Assembly (NCBI GenBank): GCA_963765455.1
Contig: CAVXWH010000002.1
Coordinates: forward strand, 430,893 to 470,892
DNA: 40,000 nt
Reading direction: 5' to 3'
Source of the DNA: an uncultured Actinomycetes bacterium
Lineage (GTDB): Bacteria; Actinomycetota; Thermoleophilia; Gaiellales; Gaiellaceae
The translations under genes and the position numbers were made by a program. Positions 1-10,702 of the stretch are shown here, piece after piece. The first letter of the stretch is position 1. Every line of letters starts with the position of its first letter. The notes under the pieces were generated by a model that had not been told where the DNA came from, searched no databases, and saw nothing but the letters and a program-made list of their open reading frames with translations.

Positions 1-1414
<1,414 letters not shown>

Positions 1415-1418
<4 letters not shown>

Positions 1419-2188
1419 AACTTCCGCGCGACCCAGATCTCCTCGGCCGGCCATCTCTGAGCCCATTCGACGCTGACGAAATCCCAGAGGGGATTTTCGC
1501 TCGCTCCCTCGGGCGCATACAGCTCGACGAGACGCTCGAGCTCGAACCCGACCTCCCGAAGCAGATCGATCCAATCGCCGTGTGGAAGCTGAAACTCGCT
1601 GCCCTCGCCGTCGTCATCCACCCAGTCGATACGAAATAGACCGGGCTGCGGCCGTTCGAGCGTCTCCTGAACGCGCCCCTTCGCGTCGCTACAGAGCACG
1701 AGCAGGGTCGAGTTGCGCATGAATACCAGACGGCCTCCGGGACGCAGCAGCCGCTTCGCCTCGGGCACCCACTTGTAGGGATCGCACCAGACGCTGGCCC
1801 CGTACTCGGACAGTGCGAGGTCGAAGGAGCCGTCCGGAAGAGGAACCGCCTCGGCGTTCGCCTCGATGAGCGGAAACTCGAGCTCGAACTCGCGCTGAAA
1901 ACGACGCGCCCGCTCGAGCTGATCGGGGTTCAGGTCAACGCCGACTGCACGCGCGCCTCGCCTGGCCAGCCAGGCCGAGAAGTACGCCGTGCCGCAGCCG
2001 AGCTCGATCACATCGGTCTCGTAGAGCCCCGGCAGCACGTGAATGTCGTTCTCGGGAACGCGGAAGATGCCCCAGCAGATGTCTTCAATAGACCACTGAG
2101 CACGCCCCCACTCCTCCTGGTCGCGGCCGTAGATCGACCAGATCGCCCGGTTGTGCGCTGCGTAGTCGGGTAGCTCAGACGGTTTCAT
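1415..2188 (-). CDS. Class I SAM-dependent methyltransferase
   Basis: 257-aa ORF carrying SAM-binding motif I VIELGCGTAYFSAWLARRGARAVGVDLNPDQLERAR and a following acidic loop. The substrate is unknown. Confidence 0.8.
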
Positions 2189-2236
2189 CTTGGTGGGCTC
2201 GAGCCAAAACGGAGCACTCCGCCGCCTGGCAGGTCG

Positions 2237-2659
2237 TCATTCTGTCTCGAGATCCGAGAACCAGAGCGCCAACTCTCGCGCCGCCGATTCGAGCGAGTCC
2301 GAGCCGTGCACGAGGTTGTCGGGCATCGAAAGGCCGAGGTCGCCACGGATCGTCCCCGCTGCCGCTTTCGCCGGATCGGTCGCGCCCATGGTCGCGCGGA
2401 CGACGGCCACCGCCGATTCGCCCTCGACGACAAGCGCGAGCGTCGGGCCCGAGGTGATGAAGGCGACGAGCCCTGCGAAGAAGTCTTTGCCACGATGCTC
2501 GGCGTAGTGGGCGCTCGCCAGCTCTTCGTCTACCTGAACCAGCTTGGCGCCGCGCAGCAGCAAGCCCCTGCGCTCGAGACGCGCGATGATCTCACCGCTC
2601 AGGCCGCGCCCGACCGCGTCGGGCTTGACGAGCACCAGTGTGCGCTCAACAGCCATCAA
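2237..2659 (-). CDS. ndk: Nucleoside diphosphate kinase
   Basis: The 140-aa product reads [12 protein letters not shown]...[16 protein letters not shown]...NLVHGSDS, with the catalytic His in the NxxHGSD motif. Confidence 0.95.
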   Translation of the reverse strand: MMAVERTLVLVKPDAVGRGLSGEIIARLERRGLLLRGAKLVQVDEELASAHYAEHRGKDFFAGLVAFITSGPTLALVVEGESAVAVVRATMGATDPAKAAAGTIRGDLGLSMPDNLVHGSDSLESAARELALWFSDLETE

Positions 2660-2772
2660 GCCGCGAGTCTAGCTCAGCGACCTGAAGAACAGGTCAGGTT
2701 TCGCTCGTTTCACTCGGCCGAGTGAGAGGCGCGGCGCCTCGGAGCAGCTCGACCGGGGGAGAGGGCCGGCAG

Positions 2773-3306
2773 CTAGCGGGATCTACGCAGGTGCGGCGGT
2801 CGCTCCCACGTTTCCTCGGTGGTCGTCTCCTGCGGCGCCACCGGAGCTTCGCAATAGGGGCAGATCTGCCACAGCGGCTCGAGCGGTGCCTTGCAGCGCG
2901 CGCAGGGTTGCTTGAGGCGGGTGGTGCAGACAGGACAGACGAGGTAGTTGGCGTCGATGTCGACCTGACACACCGGGCAGCGAGCCTCACGACGCCCCAG
3001 CCTGGCCTCCATTTCCTTGATCTCCAGCTCGCGCTCGTGCACTTCGTCCAGGTACTCGGGCGGCCGGAAGAGCATGTAGATGATCGCGCCGAAGAACGGG
3101 AAGAGAAGCGCCAGCGCGGTCGAGGTGCCGATCAGCCATGGATCCTCGATGCGCCGACGGGCGTCCTTGCTGACCCAGTAGGCGACCGCGAGCCAGAAGA
3201 CGGCGAGAAAGAAGAAGGACAGGTTCTTCACGACTCCCCAGAAGTTGGAGCTGAAGAAGCTGCTGAACGAAGCAACGGTGAACGGGGCGAGTAGGGAATT
3301 CGTCAT
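2773..3306 (-). CDS. Membrane protein with C-terminal double zinc-ribbon
   Basis: 177 aa. Two N-terminal hydrophobic helices are followed by CPVCQVDIDANYLVCPVCTTRLKQPCARCKAPLEPLWQICPYC, which gives four CxxC pairs. Confidence 0.7.
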   Translation of the reverse strand: MTNSLLAPFTVASFSSFFSSNFWGVVKNLSFFFLAVFWLAVAYWVSKDARRRIEDPWLIGTSTALALLFPFFGAIIYMLFRPPEYLDEVHERELEIKEMEARLGRREARCPVCQVDIDANYLVCPVCTTRLKQPCARCKAPLEPLWQICPYCEAPVAPQETTTEETWERPPHLRRSR

Positions 3307-3416
3307 ACGAGCAGTTTGCCTACGAAGTATCCAACTCCAAACGCGATTCCAAGAACAACTGCGACGACGACCAGCATTACGAGAAAAGCGGTTAAGCCAT
3401 GGCTTGCGTTCTTCAT
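3303..3416 (-). CDS. Small (37-aa) single-pass membrane peptide, translationally coupled to folC
   Basis: Only the last 37 codons of track ORF 3303..4025 look real: MKNASHGLTAFLVMLVVVAVVLGIAFGVGYFVGKLLV. Its ATG (3416-3414) overlaps the folC TGA (3418-3416) by 1 nt. The remainder of the 240-aa ORF is Arg/Gly-rich out-of-frame folC sequence. Confidence 0.55.
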   Translation of the reverse strand: MKNASHGLTAFLVMLVVVAVVLGIAFGVGYFVGKLLV

Positions 3417-4528
3417 CACCGCACAGCTTCCTCTAAAGATGCGAGATCGGCAAGAAGATAGAGCGAACCGGTAACGAGTAGGCACCCGTCGGGCGCGGCC
3501 AGATCGCGTCCCCGGGCGAGAGCTTGAGCCGGATCGGCGATCACCTCGACCAGCTCGAACAGGCCCTCGGCGCGCGCCGCCAGCTCGGCCGCGGGAAGCG
3601 CACGAGGGCTCGACGAGCTCGTCGCCACCAAGCTGCCGGCGAGCGGTGCGAGCGCCTCGAGCATCGAGCTCACGTCCTTGTCGGCGAGGATGGAGCAGAC
3701 GAGCGTCCAGCGAGCCTCGGGCAGGTGGCTGAGCAGCCACGCGACACCGCCCGGGTTGTGAGCGCCGTCCCAGAGCTCGCGCTCGCTGCGCCATTCGAGC
3801 CGGCCCGGGACCCTCGTCTCGATCGGGTCGGCCTCGACGGCTCGACCGAGCAGCAGCTCGACCGCCTTGCGCGGGATCTCCTCTTGAACGACCGTAGTGA
3901 CCGAGCCGGCGCCCGCCTCGCGCGCCGTCGACTCCCACTCCCCTTCGCCGAGCACGACCTTGGCGCCGGGGTTGACCACGGCCAGCTTCTCCCGCGCGAT
4001 CTGCTCGCGCGTCGAGCCGAGCCACTCGGTGTGCTCGAGCGCGACGTTCGTGAGCACGACCAGCTCGCTCGCGATCACATTGGTGGCGTCATAACGGCCG
4101 CCCAGACCCGCCTCGACCGCCGCTACTTCGACCCCTGCGGCGGCGAACTCCGCGAAGGCGGCCGCTGTGATCACCTCGAACTGGGTGGCCTGCAAGCTTT
4201 CCGCGGCCGGGCGCACTCGGGCCAGCGCGCGCTCGAGATCGGCCGTGATGCCGTTGACGCTGATCCGCTCGGCCCAGCCGCGCACGTGCGGCGAGATCGT
4301 GGCGCCGGCGCGCACGCCCTCGGCCGCGAGCAATGCCTCGATCCTCTTCGTCGCCGTCGTCTTGCCATTCGTGCCGACCACGTGAATCGAGCGAAAGGCG
4401 CGCTCCGGATGCTCGAGCAGGTCGAGCAGGGCCTGCATCCGCTCCAGGCCGAAACGCTCGGGCCAGGGGCTGATGGAGCTCAGCCAGGCCGTGCTCGAGC
4501 CCGAGGCCGGTTCAGTCGGAGAGGGCAT
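3416..4528 (-). CDS. folC: Folylpolyglutamate synthase / dihydrofolate synthase
   Basis: Contains the Mur-ligase-type P-loop HVVGTNGKTTATKRIEALL and matches FolC over its length. The start is uncertain. I chose ATG 4528, which overlaps the valS stop by 17 nt, because the track start at 4600 would overlap valS by 89 nt. Confidence 0.85.
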   Translation of the reverse strand: MPSPTEPASGSSTAWLSSISPWPERFGLERMQALLDLLEHPERAFRSIHVVGTNGKTTATKRIEALLAAEGVRAGATISPHVRGWAERISVNGITADLERALARVRPAAESLQATQFEVITAAAFAEFAAAGVEVAAVEAGLGGRYDATNVIASELVVLTNVALEHTEWLGSTREQIAREKLAVVNPGAKVVLGEGEWESTAREAGAGSVTTVVQEEIPRKAVELLLGRAVEADPIETRVPGRLEWRSERELWDGAHNPGGVAWLLSHLPEARWTLVCSILADKDVSSMLEALAPLAGSLVATSSSSPRALPAAELAARAEGLFELVEVIADPAQALARGRDLAAPDGCLLVTGSLYLLADLASLEEAVR

Positions 4529-6929
4529 CGAGCTCACGCCTGTAGCGGGCGAGCTTCTCACGCTCGGCCTCGACGACCTCGGCTCGCGCGCGCTCGACAA
4601 AGCTCGGATTGGAGAGCATCTTCTCGCAGCGGGCGATCTCCGAGCTCAGGCGTCCTGTCTCGGTCTCGATGCTGACCGCTTCGATCTTCATCCGCTCGGG
4701 CTTGACGACCGCCTGGAAGATGCGCTCCGCGTCGTCCGGGAGGCTCACGTGCAGGCCACTCCTGCGGAAGATTGCGGCGGCGTCCTGAACCCGCTCGAGC
4801 GCGTTCGCGTCGGCCGCGAAGCGAGTATCGGCCTCCGGCCAGGGCGAGACGATCAGGCGGGCCTTGCGCGTCGGCAGGTTCGACCAGATCTCCTCGGTCA
4901 CGTGCGGCATGACCGGGTGCAGCAGCGCGAGCAGCCGCTCGAGCGCAGCCAGCGCCGTCGAGCGGGCGTCCGCATCGCCGGCGTAGAGGCGCGGCTTGAT
5001 CGCCTCGGCATACCAGTCGCAGAACTCGTCGAAGGTCACGTGGTAGAGCCGGGTCACGACTCCGGCGTAGTCGAAGGCGGCGAAGCACTGCTCGATCTCG
5101 GCCCGCGCCGCTTCGAGCCGGGCCAGGATCCAGCGCTCGACGACCTCGCCGGGCCGCCCGTCGGGCTCCTCGTCGCCGACGTTGGCGAGAATCAGCCGGG
5201 AGACGTTCCAGAGCTTGTTGGCGAGCTTGCGCCCTTCTTCGACGGCACCGTAGGAGAAGCGCACGTCCTGGCTGGAGGACATCTTGAGCAGGCCGTAGCG
5301 AACCGCGTCGGCGCCGTGCTCGGCGATCACCTCGAGCGGGTCGATGCCGGTGCCGAGGCTCTTCGACATGCGCCGGCCGTCGGTGGCCAGCACGGTCGAG
5401 TGGATGACCACGTCGCGGAACGGCACCTCACCGAGCAACTCCAGCCCGGAGAAGATCATCCGGTTCTCCCAGAGGCGGATGATCTCACGCGCCGTCGTCT
5501 GCAGGTCGCCAGGGTAGAAGGCACGCAGATCGTCTGTCTCGTCGGGCCAGCCGAGCGTGGCGAACGGCCACAGCGCCGAGGAGAACCAGGTGTCGAGCAC
5601 GTCCTCGCTGCGGGTCAATACCGCCGAGCCGCACTCCGCGCAGTTGCCGGGCTCGCTCTCCTCGACCGTCAGGTGACCGTCGGAGCACTCCCAGATCGGA
5701 AGCTGGTGGCCCCACCAGAGCTGGCGTGAGATGCACCAGTCGGGCGCCTCCTCGAGCGACTCGATCGCGAAGCGGTGCTGGGACTCGGGATGAAAGCGAA
5801 CGCGCCCCTCGCGCAGCGCCTCGAGCGCCGGCTTCTTCAGCTCCTCCATCGAGCACCACCACTGCAGCGAGACACGAGGCTCGATGCGCGTCTCGCAGCG
5901 CTCGCAGAGGGCGACCGCATGACGGAAAGGCTCGCGGGAGACGAGCAGGTCGCGTTCCTGGCACCAGGCGAGAATGCATTCGGTCGCCTCGTCCTGGGTC
6001 AGCCCGGCGAGCTCCGGGATCTCGTCGTTCATCAGCCCGTCGGGGCCGATCACGCTCGGCTCACCCAGCCCGTGCGCGCGCCCGATCTCGAAGTCGACGG
6101 GATCGTGGGCGGGCGTGATCTTGAGCGCCCCGGTGCCGAACTCGGGATCGACGTGCTCGTCGGCGATCACCGGCACGCGCCGCTCGACGAGGGGCACGAT
6201 CACCTCCTGACCGACGAGATCGCTGTAGCGCTCGTCGTCCGGGTGCACCGCAAGCGCGACATCGGCCGGGATGGTGGCCGGGCGCACGGTGGCGATGGCG
6301 ACGTGGCCGGAGCCGTCGGCGAGCGGGTAGCGAATGGTGACGAGCTCGTCGTCCGCATCGATGTGCGCCAGCTCCAGGTCGGAGAGCGAGGTCTGATGGA
6401 AGGGGCACCAGTTGATGATGCGGTTGTCGCGATAGATCCAGCCCTTGCGGTAGAGATGGACGAAGAAGCGCAGCACCGCGCGGGTGTAGCCCTCGTCCAT
6501 GGTGAAGCGCTCGCGCCGGTAGTCGAGCGAGGCGCCGATGCGCCGGAACTGGGTCATGATCTTGCCGCCGTACTCGTGCAGCCACTCCCAGACACGCGCC
6601 TCGAAGGCTTCCCGCCCGAGCTCCTGGCGCGTCGTTCCCTCGGTCGCGAGGTACTTCTCGACCGCGTTCTGAGTCGAGATGCCGGCGTGGTCGTAGCCGG
6701 GCTGGAAGAGCACGTTGAAGCCCTGCATCCGCTTCATGCGCACGATCGAGTCGCCGAGTGCCAGCTGGAGCGCGTGGCCTATGTGCAGCTCACCGGTGAC
6801 GTTGGGCGGAGGATGGGCGTTGACGAAGCTCGGGCGCTTCGAATCGGGATCGGCGTTGTAGAGGCCCTCTTCTTCCCAGGCCTTCTGCCAGCGCTGCTCG
6901 ACGCCTGCGGGCTGGTAGAGCGGCTCCAT
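4512..6929 (-). CDS. valS: Valine--tRNA ligase
   Basis: 805 aa with the class I HIGH motif (PPPNVTGELHIGHA), the KMSKS motif (RRMSKSLG), an editing-domain region and a C-terminal coiled coil. Confidence 0.95.
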   Translation of the reverse strand: MEPLYQPAGVEQRWQKAWEEEGLYNADPDSKRPSFVNAHPPPNVTGELHIGHALQLALGDSIVRMKRMQGFNVLFQPGYDHAGISTQNAVEKYLATEGTTRQELGREAFEARVWEWLHEYGGKIMTQFRRIGASLDYRRERFTMDEGYTRAVLRFFVHLYRKGWIYRDNRIINWCPFHQTSLSDLELAHIDADDELVTIRYPLADGSGHVAIATVRPATIPADVALAVHPDDERYSDLVGQEVIVPLVERRVPVIADEHVDPEFGTGALKITPAHDPVDFEIGRAHGLGEPSVIGPDGLMNDEIPELAGLTQDEATECILAWCQERDLLVSREPFRHAVALCERCETRIEPRVSLQWWCSMEELKKPALEALREGRVRFHPESQHRFAIESLEEAPDWCISRQLWWGHQLPIWECSDGHLTVEESEPGNCAECGSAVLTRSEDVLDTWFSSALWPFATLGWPDETDDLRAFYPGDLQTTAREIIRLWENRMIFSGLELLGEVPFRDVVIHSTVLATDGRRMSKSLGTGIDPLEVIAEHGADAVRYGLLKMSSSQDVRFSYGAVEEGRKLANKLWNVSRLILANVGDEEPDGRPGEVVERWILARLEAARAEIEQCFAAFDYAGVVTRLYHVTFDEFCDWYAEAIKPRLYAGDADARSTALAALERLLALLHPVMPHVTEEIWSNLPTRKARLIVSPWPEADTRFAADANALERVQDAAAIFRRSGLHVSLPDDAERIFQAVVKPERMKIEAVSIETETGRLSSEIARCEKMLSNPSFVERARAEVVEAEREKLARYRRELDALSD

Positions 6930-7164
6930 GGAGCTGGATTCTACGGAGGGAACGAGCTAGCGCCGCCGGGTTGCCGCTCGGCGCCCGCTGATCGCGACTC
7001 GTCCGCACCGATTCTTGGTCTCACAGACCGGTAAATTCCCACTTTCGCCACACCATTTCCTTGACAGCGCCGCTTTCTTCCCAACGGTGTCTGACCATTG
7101 GCCGGAATGCGAGGTAAGCATTACGGACAGAAGCTGAGAGAATCTCCAATACCAGGCCGGACAG

Positions 7165-8415
7165 ATGCTCTATCTCCACCTCAGCCAGATCGTTCCCTGC
7201 GTCCTGCGCGATCATGGCGGCGAGCGGCTCGGACGGGTAGTCGATCTGATCGTGGCCCTGAATGGCGACGACTATCCGCCGCTCTCGGGAGCTCTCGCCG
7301 AGGTGGCCGGACGGCCGGTCTTCGTCCCCGCCGGTGAGATCGAATCGATCGGCGCGGACGGGGTCGGGTTGCGCTCGAGCCAGCTCGATCTCGACCACTT
7401 CCACCGCCGTGAGCAGGAGATTCTTCTCCGCCGAGACGTGCTCGACCGGCAGCTGATCAATGTCGACGGCGCCCGCCTGGTACGGGCAAACGAGATCGAG
7501 CTGGCCTTCGTCGACGGCTCCTATCGCCTCGCCGGGATCGACGTGAGCGCCCGCGCCTATCTTCGCCGACTGCTACCGAAGAGATTCGGGTGCCGTATCG
7601 AGAGCCGCGCCGTTCTCGATTGGCGTGATCTGGAGCCATTTACCGGCCACGTGCCCACGCTGCGCCTGCGCGTCCCGCATCCAAAGCTGGAGCGTCTCCA
7701 CCCCGCCCAGCTGGCCGACCTGGTCGAGGACGCCTCCGGCTCCGAGGCCGAGGAGATCATCGCCGCCGTCCGCAGCGACCGCGACCGCGAGGCGGATCTC
7801 TTCCAGCAGCTCGACACGCACCACCGGCGCCAGTTTGCCGAGACACGCTCCGACGAGGATCTCGGTCAGATCGTCGCTCGAATGGGCGCCGACAACGCCG
7901 CCGGTTTCATCCGCGAGCTGCCCGAGAAGCGACGCGCGGTGGTGCTCGCTTCGCTCCCGGATGCCGAGCGCGAGAGCGTCGAGGAGCTGCTCGGCTACGG
8001 CGCCGCGAGCGCCGGTGGGCTGATGCGGACCGACCTGGTAACCGTCGGCGAGGGCGCGCGCGTCGCCGACGCAATCGAGGCGGTTCGCTCCAGCGGCGCG
8101 CCGAGCGAGGTTGCGACCTGGGTTTACCTGCTCGACGGGGAAAAGCGCCTGGAGGCGGCAATCCCGCTCGCCGACCTGCTGCGCATGGCGCCCAAGCTGG
8201 CGCTCGTGCAGACGGTCAGCTTCACTCCGCCCGCCGCCCGTACCAACACCGGTATTGAGGAGCTGGCGCGGCTTATGACCGACTTCAACCTGACGCTGGT
8301 ACCCGTTCTCGACGAGCAGAAGCACCTGCTCGGCGCCGTCTCCGCCGACGATGTGCTGGAGTCTGTCCTGCCCCACAGCTGGCGGCGTCGCGTCCACGTC
8401 TTCACGCCCGACTGA
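7165..8415 (+). CDS. Soluble PRC-barrel / MgtE N-terminal / CBS-pair protein with no transmembrane domain
   Basis: 416 aa. The N-terminus looks like a PRC barrel (GERLGRVVDLIV...). The middle matches the MgtE_N helical domain (LADLVEDASGSEAEEIIAAV...GFIRELPEKRRAVVLASLPDAERESVEELLGY). The C-terminus is a CBS pair (GGLMRTDLVTVGEGARVADAIEAVR...LVPVLDEQKHLLGAVSADDVLE). Confidence 0.8.
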   Translation: MLYLHLSQIVPCVLRDHGGERLGRVVDLIVALNGDDYPPLSGALAEVAGRPVFVPAGEIESIGADGVGLRSSQLDLDHFHRREQEILLRRDVLDRQLINVDGARLVRANEIELAFVDGSYRLAGIDVSARAYLRRLLPKRFGCRIESRAVLDWRDLEPFTGHVPTLRLRVPHPKLERLHPAQLADLVEDASGSEAEEIIAAVRSDRDREADLFQQLDTHHRRQFAETRSDEDLGQIVARMGADNAAGFIRELPEKRRAVVLASLPDAERESVEELLGYGAASAGGLMRTDLVTVGEGARVADAIEAVRSSGAPSEVATWVYLLDGEKRLEAAIPLADLLRMAPKLALVQTVSFTPPAARTNTGIEELARLMTDFNLTLVPVLDEQKHLLGAVSADDVLESVLPHSWRRRVHVFTPD

Positions 8416-8432
8416 GCTGCCCGGACGCGGCC

Positions 8433-9734
8433 GTGAGCGAGGCGAAGAGAGCGAAAGAGACTGATGCCGGGGCCAGGCGCCGATTCGGCGGGCGCGCCTG
8501 GCTGGCCCCCGCAGCGGCCGCGTTCGCCTTCCTCGGCCCGGGCCTGATCTCGGCGAATGCCGGTAACGAGGCCGGCTCGATCGCCACCTACGCCTCGGTG
8601 GGCGCCCGCTACGGCTACGACCTGCTCTGGCTGATGGTGCTGATCACCATCAGCCTGATCATCGTCCAGGAGATGGCGGCGCGGGCCGGAGTGGTCAGCG
8701 GCAAGGGGCTGACCGAGCTCGTTCGCGAGCACTACGGCGTGCGCTGGTCGGCTCTGGCGATGGTCTCGATCCTGTTCGCCAACCTGGCGATCACGATCTC
8801 GGAGTTCCTCGGCATCGGCGTCGCCTGCGCCCTGCTCGGCATCCCGCGGGCGGTGGCGATCCCGCTCGCCGCTGTCGCGATCTGGCTGATTCTCGTTCGT
8901 GGCTCCTACCGCGTCGCCGAGCGGGTGTTCATCGCCTTCACGGTCGTCTTCTTCGCCTATCCCGTGGCAGCGATACTTGCTCATCCTCATTGGGGCTCTA
9001 TCGGTCACCACGTCCTACTGCCGCATTTCCACCCGACCTCTCAATACGTGCTGCTGGTCGGCGCCGTCGTCGGCGCAACCATCACTCCTTTCATGCAGCT
9101 CTACCTGCAGTCGGCCGTCTCGGAACGGGGCACACCGGTCGAAGAGCTGCGGCGCGAGCGCGTAGACGTGGCGACCGGTGCGATCTTCGCCAATCTCGTC
9201 GCCGCCTTCGTGATCATCGCCACCGCCGCCGCCCTGCACGAGCACGGCATCACCAAGGTCGGCTCGGCCGCCGACGCGGCGAAGGCGCTGCAACCGTTCG
9301 CCGGCCGATTCGCCAAGGAGCTCTTCGCACTCGGCCTGCTCGGCTCCAGCCTGCTCGCGGCGGCGATCTTGCCGGTTACCGTCGCCTACGTGCTGTCGGA
9401 GGCTTTCGGGATGGAGAAGGGGATCGGACGCAGCTATCGCCAGGCGCCGGTCTTCGTGGCCACGATCACGACCCTGATCGTGATCAGCGCCGCCGTCGCA
9501 CTCATCCCGCAGCTCCCGGTCATCTCCTTCCTGGTCGGCATCCAGGACCTGAACGGGGTGCTGCTTCCGATCACCCTCTTCTTCCTCTGGCGCCTGTCGA
9601 GCAACCGCGAGCTGATGGGGCGCTGGCGCAACGGGCGCATCTTCAACGCCGCCGCGGCGCTGACCGTCGTCGCGGTCTCGGCGCTATCGCTGTTGCTGAT
9701 CGTGGTCGCCGTGGCCCGTGTTCTCGGCGTCTGA
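8433..9734 (+). CDS. mntH: Nramp-family divalent metal cation transporter
   Basis: 433 aa and polytopic. It carries the Nramp signature region GPGLISANAGNEAGSIATYASVGARYGYDLLWLMV. Confidence 0.88.
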   Translation: MSEAKRAKETDAGARRRFGGRAWLAPAAAAFAFLGPGLISANAGNEAGSIATYASVGARYGYDLLWLMVLITISLIIVQEMAARAGVVSGKGLTELVREHYGVRWSALAMVSILFANLAITISEFLGIGVACALLGIPRAVAIPLAAVAIWLILVRGSYRVAERVFIAFTVVFFAYPVAAILAHPHWGSIGHHVLLPHFHPTSQYVLLVGAVVGATITPFMQLYLQSAVSERGTPVEELRRERVDVATGAIFANLVAAFVIIATAAALHEHGITKVGSAADAAKALQPFAGRFAKELFALGLLGSSLLAAAILPVTVAYVLSEAFGMEKGIGRSYRQAPVFVATITTLIVISAAVALIPQLPVISFLVGIQDLNGVLLPITLFFLWRLSSNRELMGRWRNGRIFNAAAALTVVAVSALSLLLIVVAVARVLGV

Positions 9735-9817
9735 GGCACTGAGACCTCCGGATCGAGAGGCTGGGGCACTTCTCTCTACGCCCGCCACCGATCCACCCGC
9801 CCGCGCGGTTATCCGAA

Positions 9818-9831
9818 GATACCGTCTGTTC
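9818..9831. repeat. Left copy of the putative target-site duplication (GATACCGTCTGTTC; unambiguous core ATACCGTCTGTT)
   Basis: An identical 14-mer recurs at 25799-25812. Each copy abuts the outer end of an inverted repeat. Confidence 0.75.
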
Positions 9832-9864
9832 GGGTTAAGAGACAGGCGCCTTCGAAACGCGCAC
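9831..9864 (+). repeat. Left terminal inverted repeat
   Basis: CGGGTTAAGAGACAGGC-GCCTT-CGAAACGCGCAC compares with the reverse complement of the right end, CGGGTTAAAAGACAGGC-CAGC-CGAAACGCGCAC. The outer 17 nt have 1 mismatch, a 4-5-nt variable spacer follows, and the inner 12 nt are identical. Confidence 0.8.
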
Positions 9865-10114
9865 GGGGGGTGGCTCCTCAGTCCTCCTCGGCTATCGCAA
9901 TCGCTACGAGCACACTCGATGTTGCATCGTGACGAAGTCCGGTCTAGAGCAGGGCTCTACACTCTGGATTGTGGACGCACAAGACGTCGGGCCAGAACAG
10001 AACCCGATTACCGGACGAGAAATAACGGCGCATGCCGATGCAGCGTCCAGCGGGTTCGTCCTCGCCGACCAGCCGCTCGAGCTTTACCGGGCACTGGCGG
10101 GGTAGGATTCGCGG

Positions 10115-10702
10115 GTGGCGGTCTGGTATCTCGGGGCTCGGATAACACTTGCTGACTCCCGAAATCCAGAGCGCATTCCGCAGGCCGCTCATAGCATCCG
10201 CGAACTAATGGACGAGCTGTATGTGATTCTCGACCTGCCTTCGGAGGCCAAAGACGGCGACAATTTGGGGAATCGGTTCGAAGTAATGACCACGCGGTGG
10301 GAAAAGGCGAAAAGATTGAGCAGCGCGTGCGTCGAGGGCACTTGGTCGGGAGAGATCGACGATCCGGCGCGATTGGGTTTCGATGCTATAGATGCGGCCA
10401 TCGAGTGGCGCAGGGTCAACCGCCCGAAACGAGAGGAGACCTCGCGCGCCACGATCAGAGCGCTGGATATATCGAAGCGTGCCCTTCCGACTTGGATCGA
10501 GGACACACACGTTAAGGCGTGGAACGACCTGCGAGACTACTTCGTAAGGGTGTGCCATCACGGGCGCGAGACCGACATCGCCGAGTTCGAGGCGGCCGTA
10601 TACGAATTCGAGCGATTTGTGCTCGATCGGATGAAGCCGCGCACCTATAGGGAGCACGTGAGTCTTGAGCAACTGATCGCGGAGGCTGAAAGTGGCGCTT
10701 GA
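10115..10702 (+). CDS. Hypothetical protein (195 aa), first gene of the cargo pair
   Basis: GTG start immediately after an in-frame TAG. Its end overlaps the next gene by 11 nt. It is AT-richer than the flanking chromosome. I recognise no family. Confidence 0.6.
   Translation: MAVWYLGARITLADSRNPERIPQAAHSIRELMDELYVILDLPSEAKDGDNLGNRFEVMTTRWEKAKRLSSACVEGTWSGEIDDPARLGFDAIDAAIEWRRVNRPKREETSRATIRALDISKRALPTWIEDTHVKAWNDLRDYFVRVCHHGRETDIAEFEAAVYEFERFVLDRMKPRTYREHVSLEQLIAEAESGA

Noticed and set aside
3303-4025. A 240-aa ORF overlapping folC.
   Set aside because: Only the last 37 codons, a hydrophobic peptide starting at the ATG that overlaps the folC stop, look coding. The rest is out-of-frame folC with junk-like composition.
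3524-7034. Long plus-strand ORFs (3524..4675, 4473..5729, 5775..7034) lying opposite folC and valS.
   Set aside because: They are antisense shadow ORFs, which are typical of high-GC DNA. Their products are Arg/Gly/Ala/Asp-rich with no motifs, whereas the minus-strand frames give unmistakable FolC and ValRS sequences. The same reasoning applies to 7573..8397(-), 8124..9011(-), 27128..28033(-), 28256..29197(+), 30309..30929(+), 31291..32106(+), 32169..32927(+), 33604..34929(+) and 35603..36289(-).
6930-7164. A possible metal riboswitch or promoter in the valS / MgtE_N-Nramp divergent region. Features seen were a TTGACA at 7062-7067 and small hairpins such as AATGC-GAGGTAA-GCATT.
   Set aside because: I cannot match it to the M-box or yybP-ykoY consensus by eye. 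The TTGACA has no acceptable -10 box at 16-18 nt spacing. This is too weak to report as a feature.
10115-10702. A HEPN-like R-x5-H motif (RIPQAAH) near the N-terminus of the 195-aa cargo protein.
   Set aside because: A single short motif in the wrong part of the protein for a HEPN fold is likely to occur by chance. No supporting secondary-structure or partner evidence is visible from the sequence alone.
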